Assembly: GCA_964016885.1 (NCBI GenBank)
Contig: OZ024742.1
Location: 312,666,001 to 312,730,000 of the forward strand
Source: Eledone cirrhosa
Lineage: Eukaryota
Reading direction: 5' to 3'
Length of the DNA stretch: 64,000 nucleotides
This document shows, piece by piece, positions 13,090-26,050 of this stretch. The notes beneath the pieces were generated by a model that saw only the letters and a list, made by a program, of their open reading frames with translations, made no database searches and had not been told where the DNA came from. The position numbers and the translations under genes are program-made. Each line of letters begins with the position of its first letter. The stretch's first letter is position 1.

Positions 13090-13460
13090 TGCCACCATCA
13101 CTGCTGCTGTCACCACCACCATTTACCTTGAAAACATCCCAATAATCATCCATAAAACCACCACCACCACCCCACCACCAACAACAACAACATTACCTCT
13201 TACCTTGTAACCATCCCAACAACCATCCATGTCACTACCATCACCTCCACCACCACCACCACCACTAATAACAACAACAACAACACCAATAACAACACAA
13301 CCACCACCATCATAACCACCCCCACGGTCACCACCACCACCACCACCACCACTTACCTTGCAACCATTCCAACAATCATCTATATAGCCACTCCCACCAC
13401 CATTACCATCACTACAACTGCCACCATCACCCCCTCCCCCAATCACCCCTACCACCACCT
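13090..13460. repeat. Degenerate (CAC)/(CAA)n microsatellite
   Basis: Direct reading. Confidence 0.9.
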
Positions 13461-13759
13461 ACAACAAAAACAAGAACAATGACATCTATAGCAGCTATTA
13501 CAATTCAGTACACACTTACATGTCTTCATAAGCAAACACATCATACATAACATATCATACACATTCTACATATCATACATAACATATACACATTCGACAT
13601 GCAATTTGTTAAATGTAGAAAGTAGCAGAGAAAAATATGTAAAAGCCAAATGACAAGTATCATATATTATTTTAAAATGTTGAAGAGAAGAGCTGAGGTA
13701 GTGTAACCTTTAGGTTGAAATATGACCATTCATATATGAAAGATAACTCAAGGGATTAA

Positions 13760-14130
13760 CCCTTTAGCATTTAACCTGTTGACTGCTGTGTATATTTTAC
13801 ACAGCTACAGTTGCTGTGCCGGGTTTTTTCATTAAAATGATTATTTTTTTAAACAAACGTTTATTAACAACACATATCTGAATGATTGACAAACTTCACA
13901 TCAATAAACTAATAACCTCATCTAGATTTGACATTATGAACTGTTGGAAAGGATTTCAAATATGTTAAGACAAGTTATCTCATCCGTGGCACTGGAATGC
14001 ATACATGTTATGATGAGTTATGTCTACGGCACTGAAGAGGTTAAACTGGCCATATCCGGCCAGAATTCTCTCACCCCTTTCTGTTCAAACTGGCTTCTCA
14101 TGATTATGTTAAAGTAGTGTTCTCAAAATA
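13760..14130 (+). mobile_element. piggyBac-like MITE (CCCTTTAGCATT end), truncated, containing a nested TTAA element
   Basis: TTAA-CCCTTTAGCAT at 13756; the family body (ggccatatccggccagaattctctc) resumes at 14045. Confidence 0.7.
13775..14040. mobile_element. Second TTAA-specific (piggyBac-like) MITE nested in the first
   Basis: TTAA at 13771-13774 and 14041-14044; imperfect TIRs cctgttgactgctgt / acggcactgaagagg. Confidence 0.65.
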
Positions 14131-14194
14131 AATAAATAAATAAATAAATAAACTAGAAACACTACTGTAAACAGTACACATATTTACTAGAGAA

Positions 14195-14348
14195 ATGTAT
14201 ATGAAATTTGGACAAGAAAAATGCACCAAGTCAACCATGAGGAGAGGAAGATTAATTAAGAATACTAATATCATGCTAGACAAAGAAACAGAGATATTAC
14301 AACAACCCCAGGCTTACAAATATTGTAAATACTTGAGTATAATACGAG
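14195..14348 (+). mobile_element. R4/Dong-like LINE RT fossil (part 1)
   Basis: MKFGQEKC...MRRGRL...NI.LD.ETEI......KYLSI matches the Dong/R4 pattern M.FG.DKC...G....YKYLGI. Confidence 0.6.
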
Positions 14349-14567
14349 AATTCTTTTTTTACCGAAAAAGTACTTCAAAACTAACAACTAAACTTTTAAC
14401 CAAATTAGTTATAAAGAAAAGACTGAATGACATGAAAATTTTACCAGCAATTGCAGTATTCAATTACTAATTTCATTTAATACTGTTAGAACATAACTCT
14501 ATCAGAGTTATGTTCTAACAATATTAAAAACTAGCACATAGTCTGAAATACAAAAAGTGTACCAGTA

Positions 14568-14730
14568 GGTTTTTTTATTGACGACATTTTAATGGCAACA
14601 ATTTCTATGTCTGAGCATTTTAATAAACTACAAGAGCTGCCAATACTGAAACTAATGGGCTTACTCTCAATGGAGAAAAATGTGCATTTTTTATCCAAGA
14701 AATTGATTATTTGGGTATCATATCTCCAGG
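14568..14730 (+). mobile_element. Ty3/Gypsy LTR retrotransposon RT fossil
   Basis: Manual translation GFFIDDILMATISMSEHFNKLQEL /frameshift/ TNGLTLNGEKCAFFIQEIDYLGIIS matches YxDDILI..EEH...GL.LN.EKC.F....YLG. Confidence 0.75.
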
Positions 14731-15269
14731 GAGACATGCCACCATATTATCACATGAAATAAATAACGAATTAGGGTTAACCATTTTTACTAGTTGTAGC
14801 TAAAATGATGCCCAAAAGAATTATATCAAAATAACGTAAGTGAAATGTTCTTGCGTTAATTTTCACATTAAATAAATTTTATTACTATCTGCCATCTTGA
14901 AAGTTTGCTATCATTACTAATAACAAACAAACCTTTACAACACTTGTTTGAGCATCTAGTATGTCACGTTGTATAGTGACATCAATCCTGTGACATAATT
15001 TAACAGTTTCCACTTTTTGTCATTACAAAAAAAATTACATGAGAAAATTTTGAAGTTAAAATTTGTTGTCAAACAAGAAAATGCACCTGTGATGCAAGTA
15101 TTTTTTGTTTTTTGTTTTTGTGTTTTTAAATAAATGAATAAAATTCGACATTGAGATAGAGTTTGTGAGTTTGGGTTTGACTTGGGATTTTTGTCTTAAA
15201 TTTGCATATGGTTTTACACTCATGATCAACTTATACAGCGCTTAGGAATTAATGAACTAGACAGAGTGC

Positions 15270-15375
15270 AACGTTCACAAATGAAAGAAAAGGTTAGGAG
15301 AGAATATTATAAACTCATTAACTTCATACTCAACACAGATCTTAATAAATAAAAAATATAATAAGCATTGAACAG
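15270..15375 (+). mobile_element. R4/Dong-like LINE fossil (part 2)
   Basis: MKEKVRREYYKLINFILNTDLN matches the block that follows YKYLG in Dong/R4 elements. Confidence 0.55.
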
Positions 15376-15489
15376 ACATATAATCAAAGAAATTCTAGCT
15401 GTGACAGCCTCCACCCCATCTTATTTATACATCTAGGTCTACATTATTTAATGTATCCTTCCTTTTTTAAAGCTAGTAGTGTGGTTTTA

Positions 15490-15672
15490 CCCTTTAGTAT
15501 TTACATTACTCTATATTTACAATTGTATTTTTGTGGTAAAACCTTTATCTTAAATGTCATTTATTTTGAGAACAATACCTTAACATCAGTATGAGCTGTC
15601 AGTTACAGCCAGTTTGAACAGAAAGAGGTGAGAGAATTCTGGCCGGATATGGCCATTTTAAATACTAAAGGG
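15490..15672 (-). mobile_element. piggyBac-like MITE
   Basis: TIRs CCCTTTAGTATTTA...TAAAATACTAAAGGG followed by TTAA; same family as 47095-47314. Confidence 0.75.
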
Positions 15673-16519
15673 TTAATGAGATTCAGCTGTTATTTCTAGT
15701 ATTAAGAGAACAGGAAGGGACTCTCCCATCAACAGATTAATAGTTTTGTATTATACTAAGTCAGTTTAGAATTATAAACCATTAAAATAACTGAAGAGTT
15801 GTTTTAGTATGAATTTTGATTATTTACTTTAATTTTTTTTTTTTTTTTGACATAATGATGAAGAAAATATCTTTGAAACAATTAAGTTTGATTCTTTACC
15901 TAAATTATGGTTTATTTATGTAAATCACCAAAGAAAAAAAAATCAATTAATGAATATGGCTGAAAAGCTTGTTTATTAATTGAAGGAGAAGAAAAAGCTA
16001 CTGCAGATCCAAACAGAAAAAAAAAAAAAAAAAAAAAAACATTGAATGACGTAAAATGACAAAATTTTAAGTTGTAGAAATAAGAGATATTTTTTTTAAA
16101 AATTAGTTAAAATAAATAAATTTCTAAAAAAAAAAAAATAATAATTCAAGACATTAATCAAAAGTGAAAATAATTGCCAAAAAAAAAAAAAATAAATAAA
16201 AATTAAAACGAAAAATATTAATTTAATTAAATTGCAGGAAAAAGTAATTGCAACCAGTTGTATTATTTATTTTTTTATTTTTTTATTTTAATTGAGAGAA
16301 AAATTGAAATAAATGAAATAAATAATAAAAAAAATATATATATAATGAAATCATATAAAAAAATATATTAAAAAATGTTAACTAGCAACAATAAAATAGA
16401 AGTTGATGAAAATTATTACTGTGATGTTGAGTTAAAGGCAGTGAGTTTGTATAAATGGTATAACACTAGTCTAAATGCCTTGTTGTATTTAATGTTTATA
16501 TTGATATGCAATGACAATA

Positions 16520-16832
16520 TGTGTGAATGGCCAAGCATGGATGAGTTTGGAGAGAAACTGTGTATAAGAGGAATAAACTGTAGTGTGCAAGAGAGAAGAC
16601 TATGTTGCTATGGCCATGTGATGTGCATGGATGATGACTGCTGGGGTGAAGAAGTGTCAGGTGATCCCAGTGGAAGGAAGACCACGGAAGACATGGGTGG
16701 AGGTGGGGAGAACTGACCTCAGATCGCTGAAGTTCACAAAGGACTATGACAAATGGAGAGATGCTGTGCTAAAGAGGACCATCCCACCCTTGCAAGTAGG
16801 GAAAAGCGGACGTAAAATGATGATGATGATGA
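16520..16832 (+). mobile_element. RTE LINE subfamily C 3' fragment
   Basis: VQERRL..YGHVM, GRPRKTW.EV.RTDLRSLK and a short 3' UTR ending in (GAT)n, as at 44600-44894. Confidence 0.85.
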
Positions 16833-16994
16833 TTTTCACTGCATTCATTCAAGCATGGCAATGCTAAAAGTAAATGTGGTGAGAGATTGGAGGCAACATG
16901 ACAATAGAGAGGTCCCTTTTAGCCTGCAGTGCATGAACCAACCTGCTGGAATGCACTTGGTACACTCTGTAAAGTGGCTGATAAATGAATAAAT

Positions 16995-19876
16995 AAGCAC
17001 AAGGCCAGAAATTTGATGGGAGGGGAAAGTCAATTAAATCAAACCCAGTCTATTACTGGTACTTTATTTTATCAACCCCATAAGGATGAAAGGCAAAGCT
17101 AACCTCAGCGGGATTTGATTTCAGAACGTAAAGGACCGTAACTCTATGCTGCAAAGCATGGTGCCTGAGACTCTACCACTTCTGCCAATCCACCACCCTA
17201 AAGTGGCTGATAAATGATCTCAGTCAACATAGAGTAGAGAGGACCCTTTGGTCTTGTTGAGGACTTGCCAGCTTCTCTAGTACTGGTGCCATAACAGAAT
17301 ACGCCCAGTACACTCTGTAAAGTGGTTGACAGTTGAATATAGACAATACAGGGTAAAGAGGACTTTTCTCTCTGGCTGAGCACATGACAACCTCTCTAGT
17401 ATTGGTGCCATGATAAAATGCACCAAGTACACTCTGTAAAGTGGTTGACAATTGAACAAAACAATATAAGGTAAAGAGGATTCTTTAGTCTGGTTGAGTA
17501 CAGGACAACCTCTCTAGAGCTGGTGCCATGATAAAATGCACCAAGTACACTCTGTAAACTGGTTGACAATTGAACAAAACAATATAAGGTAAAGAGAATT
17601 CTTCAGTCTGGTTGAGCACAGGTAACCTCTCTAGAGCTGGTGCCATGATAAAATGCACCAAGTACACTCTGTAAAGTGGTTAACAATTGAACAAAACAAT
17701 ATAAGGTAAAGAAGATTCTTCAGTTTGGTTGAGCACAGGACAACCTCTCTAGTGTTGGTGCCATGATAAAATGCAACCATACATTCTGTAAAATAATTGG
17801 TATTAGGAAGGGCATCCAACCATAGAAACCATGCTAACACATAAACAAGATGTGGTTATCTGACTATGTCTTGTTGAGGATGGTGACAACCCTTCCAACA
17901 CATGCTAGATGGAATACAGATGCATGACGATGACAATAATTGTTTCTACTTTTGGCACAAGGCCAGCAATTATCCCAGTGCATTACTGGTACTTTATTTT
18001 ATCGACCCCCTGTAAGGATGAAAGGCAGAGTTAACCTCAGCAGGATTTGAACTCAGACCGCAAAGGGATGTAACTCCATGCTGCAAAGCATGGCGTGCGA
18101 CCCTCTACCGATGCTGCCAATTCACCTCCCCAATGACAATAATGATGATTCTGAACTGAACCCCCCACCTTGTCTTTAATCTCACTAATGTCTATAAATA
18201 AGTACATTGGAGTTGATACAACTTCATCAATGTATATATACTGATTTTATAATTGGTTAAAAGAAATCAATACTCTGTGAAACTTCAAATTTAAAGACAG
18301 AAAGATATTTTAAATGATGTAGACTAAAATATATATATATGCTCCTGACAGAAAGAACAATGTGAAATAGAGTGTCTTTCATAAGGACTAATGCACTGGC
18401 CAGTCCAGGAATTGAACTCGCAACTTCACAATTGTGAATCCAATTCTCTAACCACTAAGCCACTTGGCCTCACATATGTAATCATCACATTATTTTATCA
18501 AGACACCAGAAGGATGAAAGGCAAAGTTGACCGTGGCAGAATTTGAACTAAGAATATAAAGAGTTGGAACAAATTGCACAAAGCATTTTGACCAATACTG
18601 TAATAATTCTGCCATTTCACCATTTTTTGCAAAAGATGTTAATGGTTGGTCTCTGATTTTTGCACAAGGGTAACAATTTTAGGGGAGGGGGGAATGTCGA
18701 TTAAAGCAACCCAGTGTATTACTGGTGCTTATTTTATTGATAAGGATGAAAACCAAAGCTAACCTCAGCAGGATTTGAAATCTGAATGTAAAGGATCATA
18801 CTGTATGCTGCAAAGCATGTTGCCCAACACTCAACCAATTCTGCCTATTCCCTGCTCTAATAATAACATAATGGGTGGGGGGAAAGTCGATTAAATCTAC
18901 CACAGTGCGTGACTGGCACTTTATTTTATAAAGCCTGTAAGGACGAAAGGCAAAGCTAATCTTGGTGGGATTTGAACTGAAAACGTAAAGGGCCATAATT
19001 TTATGCTGCAAAGCATAGTGTCTGACTCTTGACAGATACTGCCAATCCACTGCCCTAAATAATTGTTTCTACTTTTGGCACAAGGCCAGCAATTACCCAG
19101 TACATTACTGGTACTTTATTTTATCAACCCCGTATGGATGAAAGGCAAAGTTAACCTCGGCGGGACTTGAACTCAGACCGTAAAGGGACGTAACTATGCT
19201 GGAAAGCATGTCCAACCTTCTACCGATACTGCCAATTCACCGCCCTAAATAATAATAATAATAATTGTTTCTACATTTGGCACAAGGTCAGCAATTATTC
19301 CAGTGCATTACTGGTGCTTTATTTTATTGACCACATAAGGATGAAAGGCAAAGCTAACCTCAGTGGGATTTGAATTCAGAACGTAAAGGGCCGTAACTCT
19401 ATACTGTGAAGCATGGTGCCTGAGACTCTACCACTACTGCCAATCCACTGCCCTAAAGTGGCTGGATTTGGTGGGATTTCAACTCAGTAAATAGGGGTAA
19501 CCCTATGCCATAAAGCATATTGTCCGACACTATCAATACTGCCAATTTACTGCGATAATAATAATGATTTCTAGTATAGGCACAAGACCAGTAATTTTGG
19601 GAAGGGGAAAGTCGATCATGTTGACCCCAGTACGTTACTGGTGCTTTATTTTATCGACCCTGTTCCTGATTTAGGCACATGGGCAACAATTTTAGGGGAG
19701 GGTAACTCGATTAAATCGACCTCAGTGTGTTACTGGTACTTTATTTTATCGATTATGCAAGGATGAAAGGTAAAGCCAATCTCATCAGGATTAGAACCCA
19801 GAACATAAAGGGACATAACTCTATGCTGCAAAACATGGTGTCCAATGCTCTACAAATACTACCAAACCACCACCCT
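16995..19876 (-). mobile_element. Cluster of about nine co-oriented Meta-like SINE copies
   Basis: Repeated 'ggcacaaggccagcaatt...actggtactttattttatcgacccc...ggatgaaaggcaaag...gaactcag' units near 16995, 17938, 18490, 18650, 18870, 19060, 19262, 19565 and 19662. Confidence 0.8.
17240..17790 (+). repeat. ~118-bp minisatellite (~4.5 copies) leading into an RTE-like tail
   Basis: 'tctctag' anchor near 17273, 17392, 17510, 17627 and 17745; followed by ggtattaggaagggcatcc. Confidence 0.85.
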
Positions 19877-20189
19877 ATGCAAAGATATTAACAATAAGCA
19901 TTTCATTAATTTGCAAGACCGAGCTCAAAATCTCTCCTCATGAATAAAACAAGCCATAATCATTTCATTTGGAAATAATGCTGAAGGTTTTATGATCACC
20001 ACCTTTACTTCAAGTAGATTTTTATGAGGAATAGTACAAAGGCATCATTACACCATATAATGGTTGAAGGTGATCAGCTGTAACAATAGTCATTGAGAAA
20101 AACAAAACCAAAAAATGAATAAATAAGAGAGATATAATGAAAACATCGCCTATACCGTCTGTATCATGATAGTTTGCATATCAATTCTG

Positions 20190-20700
20190 CTCTATCATTA
20201 TCATCAATATCATTATTATCACCATTACCCCCATCACCATCACCACCACCACTACCACCACCACCACCACCACCACCATCACTATCACCACAACCACTGC
20301 CCATCACCACCACCACTACCACTATCACTACCCATCACCACCACCACCATCACTACCACCACAACCTCTGCCCATCACCATTTCCATCATCTTTACCACC
20401 ACCACCACCACCACTACCACCACCAGCACCAGCACCAGCACCAGCACCACTACCACCACCAGCACCTCCTCCAGCCACCACCACCACCACCACCACTACC
20501 ACCACCAGCACCACCTCCAGCCAGCACCACCACCAGCACCAGCACCACCACCTCCAACCACCTCCGACCACCTCCAACCACCTCCAACCACCTCCAACCA
20601 CCACCTCCAACCACCTCCAACCACCTCCAACCACCACCACCACCACCACCACCACCACCACCACCACCACCACCACTACCAAGAAGAAGAAGAAGAAGGA
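20190..20700. repeat. (CAC)n / (CCACCTCCAA)n microsatellite
   Basis: Direct reading. Confidence 0.9.
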
Positions 20701-21419
20701 GTGTCTATTTACATTACACATAAACAATATGTCCAACACCGTAAGAGTCAGATGAGGATAATGGTACTCACAACATTTATAAAGTATCAAAAGGAGCCTG
20801 CAGGTTTAGACAAAAATTGCCCCAGAACGTCTCATCCAACCCATGCCAGTATGGAAAAGACAATGATGATGATGAATTTCATTCCACTCACACCTTACAA
20901 GTAATATATATTTTGTTGATCATGTAACTAACCTGTTAGAACAGAGAACTAAGAACAGACCTTCCTTCACACCGAACTAAATTTAGGATGGAGGAAGAGG
21001 AGGATGAGGAGAATGATGAGGATGGGGATGTTTGAATTCAGTTTAGAGGGTATGACATCAAAAATAATTGAATATATTGACATATAAATAGGATACTATT
21101 CAAAATGTAATCAGATTTGACTATCCCAAAGTGGAATGGAAAATATCTCTGTCAGTTTTGATGATGAATGTTCCAGTTGTTCGATCAATAAAACAGCCTG
21201 CTCGTTAAATTAACGTATAAGTGACTGAGCATTCCACAGACACATGCAACCTTATTGTAATTCTCAGGGAAATTCAGTATGACAAGGCTAGTTCTTTGAA
21301 TTACAGATGCAATCCCTCCAATGGGCTTTCTCATAGTTTTCATTTACCCAATTTCCTTCACAAAGCTTGGGTGAAATCAAGGTTACAGTAAATCACACTT
21401 CCCTAATATGTCATATGAA

Positions 21420-21750
21420 GGCACATGACTTAGTGGTTAGAGTGTTGAGTTCACAATCATGAGATTGTGAGTCTGATTCCCAGACCAGGCAGTGTGTTGT
21501 GCCCTTAAGCAAGACACTTTATTTCATATTGCTCCAGTTCACTCAGCTGTAGAAATGAGTTGCGATGTCACTGGTGCCAAGCTGTATTGGCCTTTGCCTT
21601 TCCCTTGGACAACATCGGTGGCATGGAGAGGGAGTCTGGTATGCATGGGCGACTGCTGGTCTTCCACAAACAACCTTGCCCATATTTGTGCCTCAGAGGA
21701 CTAGGTGCAAATCCCATGGTCATTTGTGACCAAAGGGGGCCTTTAATATG
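21420..21750 (+). mobile_element. tRNA-headed CORE-like SINE
   Basis: A-box tagtggttagag, degenerate B-box, then tgtgcccttaagcaagacacttt...cagctgtagaaatgag (CORE-like). Confidence 0.7.
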
Positions 21751-21959
21751 TCATACACCTAGATTAAACCTGCAACCTTACGATTTCAAATCAAACATCT
21801 TAACCATTTGGCCATGATGCATTCATAACTGACATAGTCATTTTCTAGACCTAGAGACCTAGATATTGTTATTTAGCCCTAAGTCAATCCTGCTTGAACA
21901 AACCTCTGACCATTCCAGCAGTAACTCTACTAACTACATTGTCTAATGTAAAGTAAAGT

Positions 21960-22245
21960 GCCCTTAACTTCCAATGGAGTTGTAAAGGTGAGGTCCTGAC
22001 ACATGTTGTATCTTGGGGCATTTCAAACCTGGTGGAGCTCATCCCTCTCCAGGTTGGAATACAGCCAATTTCTTCCACAGAGAGAGGAACAATCAACCAC
22101 AGTATTTGACTGGTACTTTATTTATTGACCTCAGAAGGATGAAAGGTAAAGTTGACCTCGGTGAGATTTGAACTCAGAGCTTAGTGAGCTGAAACAAATA
22201 GCAAGACATTTTTAATATGATGCCCTAACAACCCTGCCAATTATT
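21960..22245 (-). mobile_element. Meta-like SINE, long-tail variant
   Basis: Reverse complement similar to 660-975. Confidence 0.6.
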
Positions 22246-22817
22246 GTCTAATGTATCCTTTTTATTTAAAAACTTGTAGAGTGTAATGAGAGAGAGTGAT
22301 TTGGCTGTTTTTTCTAGCAAGTTAAGTTACCACATAGAGATTCCCATGCTAGAAATCCTTATCATAAATGATGATATATGTAGCTGAAGCATCATATAAA
22401 CATATTCACTTCCTGATCAAAGTATAGAGTAAATTGGATTCTCTGAACTTTTGTATCAAGGGATCGAAACATAGCATTGTAAGTCATTTATAAATTTCTA
22501 ATTAGAAATATTCTCTGTGGCAGAGAACATTATGGAAATCAAGGATCCTTTGATAGTTTATAAGAAGGATTTGAGGATGCAATGAAAGATGATAGGCTTA
22601 ACTATTAAATGTAGAGAAATTCAGAAAATAGGGAAAAGAGAAAGAAGGGTAGGCAAGTAAAAATATAAAGGGATAGATGGGGAGAGATAGAGAGGGGGAG
22701 AAAGTTTGAAAGAGAGAGACAGGGAGAGAAAAAGAGAGAGCAGAGGGAGAGAAAATGAGAGAGAAAGGGAGAATATGAGGGAGTAGGGGAGAGAAAGAGA
22801 GAGTGATCAAGTTAGCA

Positions 22818-22891
<74 letters not shown>

Positions 22892-23031
22892 CAGTAGGGA
22901 GTAATAGAGAAATAAATATGTATATTTTGCATCTAATTTTCATTGAGCTTTTATGGAACAACGAAATGGAGAATATTTCGATTTATTTATACCTGTTACA
23001 CCCCCCCCCCCCCCCCACACACACATATATG

Positions 23032-23175
23032 GAGGCACATGGATTAGTGGTTAGAGCATTGGCCTTGCAATCGAAAGGTTGTGAGTTCAATTCTCAGACC
23101 GGGTGATGTGTTGTTTCCTTGAGCAAGACACTTTATTTCACATTGCTCCAGTTTACTCAGCTGTAGAAATGAGAT
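23032..23175 (+). mobile_element. CORE-like SINE 5' part
   Basis: tagtggttagagc...gagttcaattc...ccttgagcaagacactttatttcacattgctccag, same family as 21420. Confidence 0.7.
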
Positions 23176-23405
23176 GATAGGGACTGGGGTCCCTATCATT
23201 CCACTGCAAAGTGGTTGTGTAGGTGCCACGGCAAAAACCACCCAGCACTCACTGTAAATGAGGTTGGTGTTAGGAAGGGCATCCAGCTGTAGAAATCAAG
23301 CCAGAATCAGTTCCCATCCCACCCTTGCAAGCAGGGAAAAGTGGACATAAAATGATGATGATGATGATGATATATAGTTATGTAATAAACAACATAAAAT
23401 AATTA

Positions 23406-23468
23406 TTTCCTTTACCAGTGGTTTCTTGAAGACAGATGTTGTGTCTGTCTTCAGTCGTCAGAATGAAT
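23406..23468 (-). ncRNA. Type I hammerhead ribozyme
   Basis: Minus strand: ttcatt-CUGACGA-ctgaagacaga..tctgtcttcaa-GAA-acc act ggt-A(cleavage)-aaggaa. One mismatch in stem I. Confidence 0.7.
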
Positions 23469-23979
23469 AAAAAATATGGTGTCATCATCATCATCATCAT
23501 CATCATCATCGTTTAACGTCCATGTTCCACGCTTGCATGGGTGTATTTATTAAATATGGATTTGAAAACAAAATTTAGGAAATATGAAAGTGAGGCTGAA
23601 AAAAACAGGTGAAAAGGAAATAGGGAAAAAAATAAAAAATATATATATAAAAAAATATAAATATCCAGAACGTAAACATACACACACTCAACTACGCGCA
23701 TATACTAAATAGTATATAGACGGATACTTTCTCAAATAAGCGTATTTGCGTCTACATAGAAATACGGACAGGAACATAAATACATACACATACATATACA
23801 CAGATATATACATAAATACATACACATACATATACACACTCAAAAATGTACACACAGATATGGGCAGTAGTTAGGAAGCAGGAATAACTAAATAAATAAA
23901 TAAGAACAAAAAATACAAAAAATATATGTATATATATATATATATATATATTTATGTAATAAACAACATAAGATAATTA

Positions 23980-24039
23980 TTTCATTTACCAGTGGTTTCT
24001 TGAAAGCAAACAAATCTGCTTTCAGTCATCAGAATGAAA
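23980..24039 (-). ncRNA. Type I hammerhead ribozyme (left arm of palindrome)
   Basis: Reverse complement of 24118-24177. Confidence 0.75.
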
Positions 24040-24117
24040 AAATCCTGGTGTTTTTATTGAATGTGGATTTAAAAAACGTTTTTTTTAAATCCACTGTCAA
24101 TAAAAACACCAGGATTT

Positions 24118-24177
24118 TTTCATTCTGATGACTGAAAGCAGATTTGTTTGCTTTCAAGAAACCACTGGTAAATGAAA
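24118..24177 (+). ncRNA. Type I hammerhead ribozyme (right arm of palindrome)
   Basis: Stem I tttcatt/aatgaaa; CUGAUGA 24125-24131; stem II tgaaagca/tgctttca; GAAA 24158-24161; stem III acc/ggt; GUA 24168-24170. Confidence 0.8.
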
Positions 24178-24270
24178 TAATTATCTTATGTTGTTTATTA
24201 CATAACTATTAAGCTCTGTAACCTACATAGAGCACTCTTTCTTCCTGGACCTTTCCAACGGAATTACTTC

Positions 24271-24325
<55 letters not shown>

Positions 24326-24689
24326 AAAATCAAAATCATAATCAAAAACAAAATAAAGTTTAAAAAAGGGGGGGGGGGTACGTGTTGACAGCGATAGGTG
24401 TGAGTGTGTGTGGGGGAGGGGGAGGGGGAAATAAATAAAAACAACTTAAATATAAACAAATACAAAAGATATGCATATACATATATATATATACACATAC
24501 ACATATACACATAAACATGCATATATACCTATACACACATGCAAACACACACACACGTATATATGTGTGTATATATATAAAATAAATATACGTACACATA
24601 CACATACATGTGCATACATATATATATATACATATATAAATATAAATTCTATATATATATATAGAATAAAAGAGAAAACACAGGTAAGC

Positions 24690-24960
24690 AGCTCTATGTG
24701 TTCAAAGTTCAAATCCTGCTGAGGCCAACTTTGCCTTTCATTCTGTTGAGATAGATAAAAAAAAGATCAGTACTGTGGTCGATTCTCCCTTTATGTCTCT
24801 TTCTCACTACCTCTCTCTCAGTCTTTCTTTCTTATTCTGGATGAGAACAGCTGTGTTCTCACCTGGAGAGGGATAAGCTCCACCAGGTTTTAAATATCCA
24901 AGACATGCTGCATGCTATGACAGCTCCCCTATGATTCTATCAGGAGTTATGTGTCCATAC
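24690..24960 (+). mobile_element. Meta-like SINE, long-tail variant
   Basis: gttcaaatcctgctgaggccaactttgcctttcatt... plus the tail shared with 807-975. Confidence 0.65.
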
Positions 24961-25494
24961 ATGCATACATACCTCTGATTATGGAAAATAAAAATTACTA
25001 CTACATTTAATTTATTTATCACAATTGTGTGAATTAAATTATTGGATACAGGCATAGCTCTGCAGTCAAGAATTTCATTTTACATGCATGAGGTCTTCCG
25101 TTTAACCCTTCCATGACCGCAGTTCTAATGAAATACACCCTATTTTAATTAGTTAATAAAGAATTTTGAGGGATTATTTAAAATTATTAATCATTTCCTT
25201 ACTAAGATAGTAAGGTTCCTATATAAGAATGTAAGGTTCCTATATAAAATTATGTTTGAAGATTTTAATTCAAATTGGAAACCTTTAAAATGGATGATTT
25301 TATTTCACAGAACAAGAGCTGGTTTTGGCTGGGTTGGAGAAAAGCCTTTACCATAGCTTTGAGTCAATCCAAACCTTGTGAGTTAAATTGGGTAGATAGA
25401 AACTGTGTGGAAGCCTGTCAGATAGATTGTGCTTGTAATTCAAATGTCTAGTTTTGTGACATTGTGTCATCTTGATTCAGCTTTGGAATAGGTG

Positions 25495-26050
25495 TTGTTG
25501 TTCTTCTTTTGGAGTTGAAGATGACCACAACTTCAATTTTAGGTGTAGGATCTTTGGCTGTGGGTCCAGAGGTGACTAGTGAAGCTAATCCAGGCATGAA
25601 AACCATGTTCATGTGTGGGGCAGATGTGAGTATGTGCTGCAATAGAAGTGGAATTGGCTCATGCTATAGATGTTGAGTGTTTCCTCTGAGCTTCTGTGAT
25701 GTAGATGTATCTAGTTTTTGCAGCACATACTCCCTCAAAGATTTTATTTCGAGAGGTTGAGCGATATAGAGCAAATGATTTCTTGCTACTGGAATTGACG
25801 TTGAGGATTTGAGGGACATTTTAAAATTGTCTTTGAAATATTTCTTCTGTCCACTGACTGAGCGTTTGCCCTGGCTCAGCTCTCCATACAGTAGCTGCTT
25901 CGGTAGTTTGCTGTCAGACATCTTGAAAACATGACCTAGCCATTTGACTTGAGTCTGCTGTAGGAGGGTGTAGATACTGTGGGTGCAAACCCGTTTCAAG
26001 ACCTCCATGTCTGGGATTAGTCCTGTCACTATATGGAAGCAGCTCAAATG
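25495..26050 (-). mobile_element. BovB-like RTE LINE 3' fossil
   Basis: QVKWLGHVFKMSDSKLPKQLLYGELSQGKRSVSGQKKYFKD matches QLRW.GHV.RM...RLPK...YGEL..GKR..GGQKKR.KD; decayed terminal Zn finger (..SHLWTH) and short (ACA)n tail. Confidence 0.8.

Larger units (their letters stand above)
23952..24205. repeat. Near-perfect ~250-bp palindrome (arms ~125 bp, virtually no loop)
   Basis: 23952-24076 is the reverse complement of ~24081-24205, with two mismatches near the centre. Confidence 0.92.
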
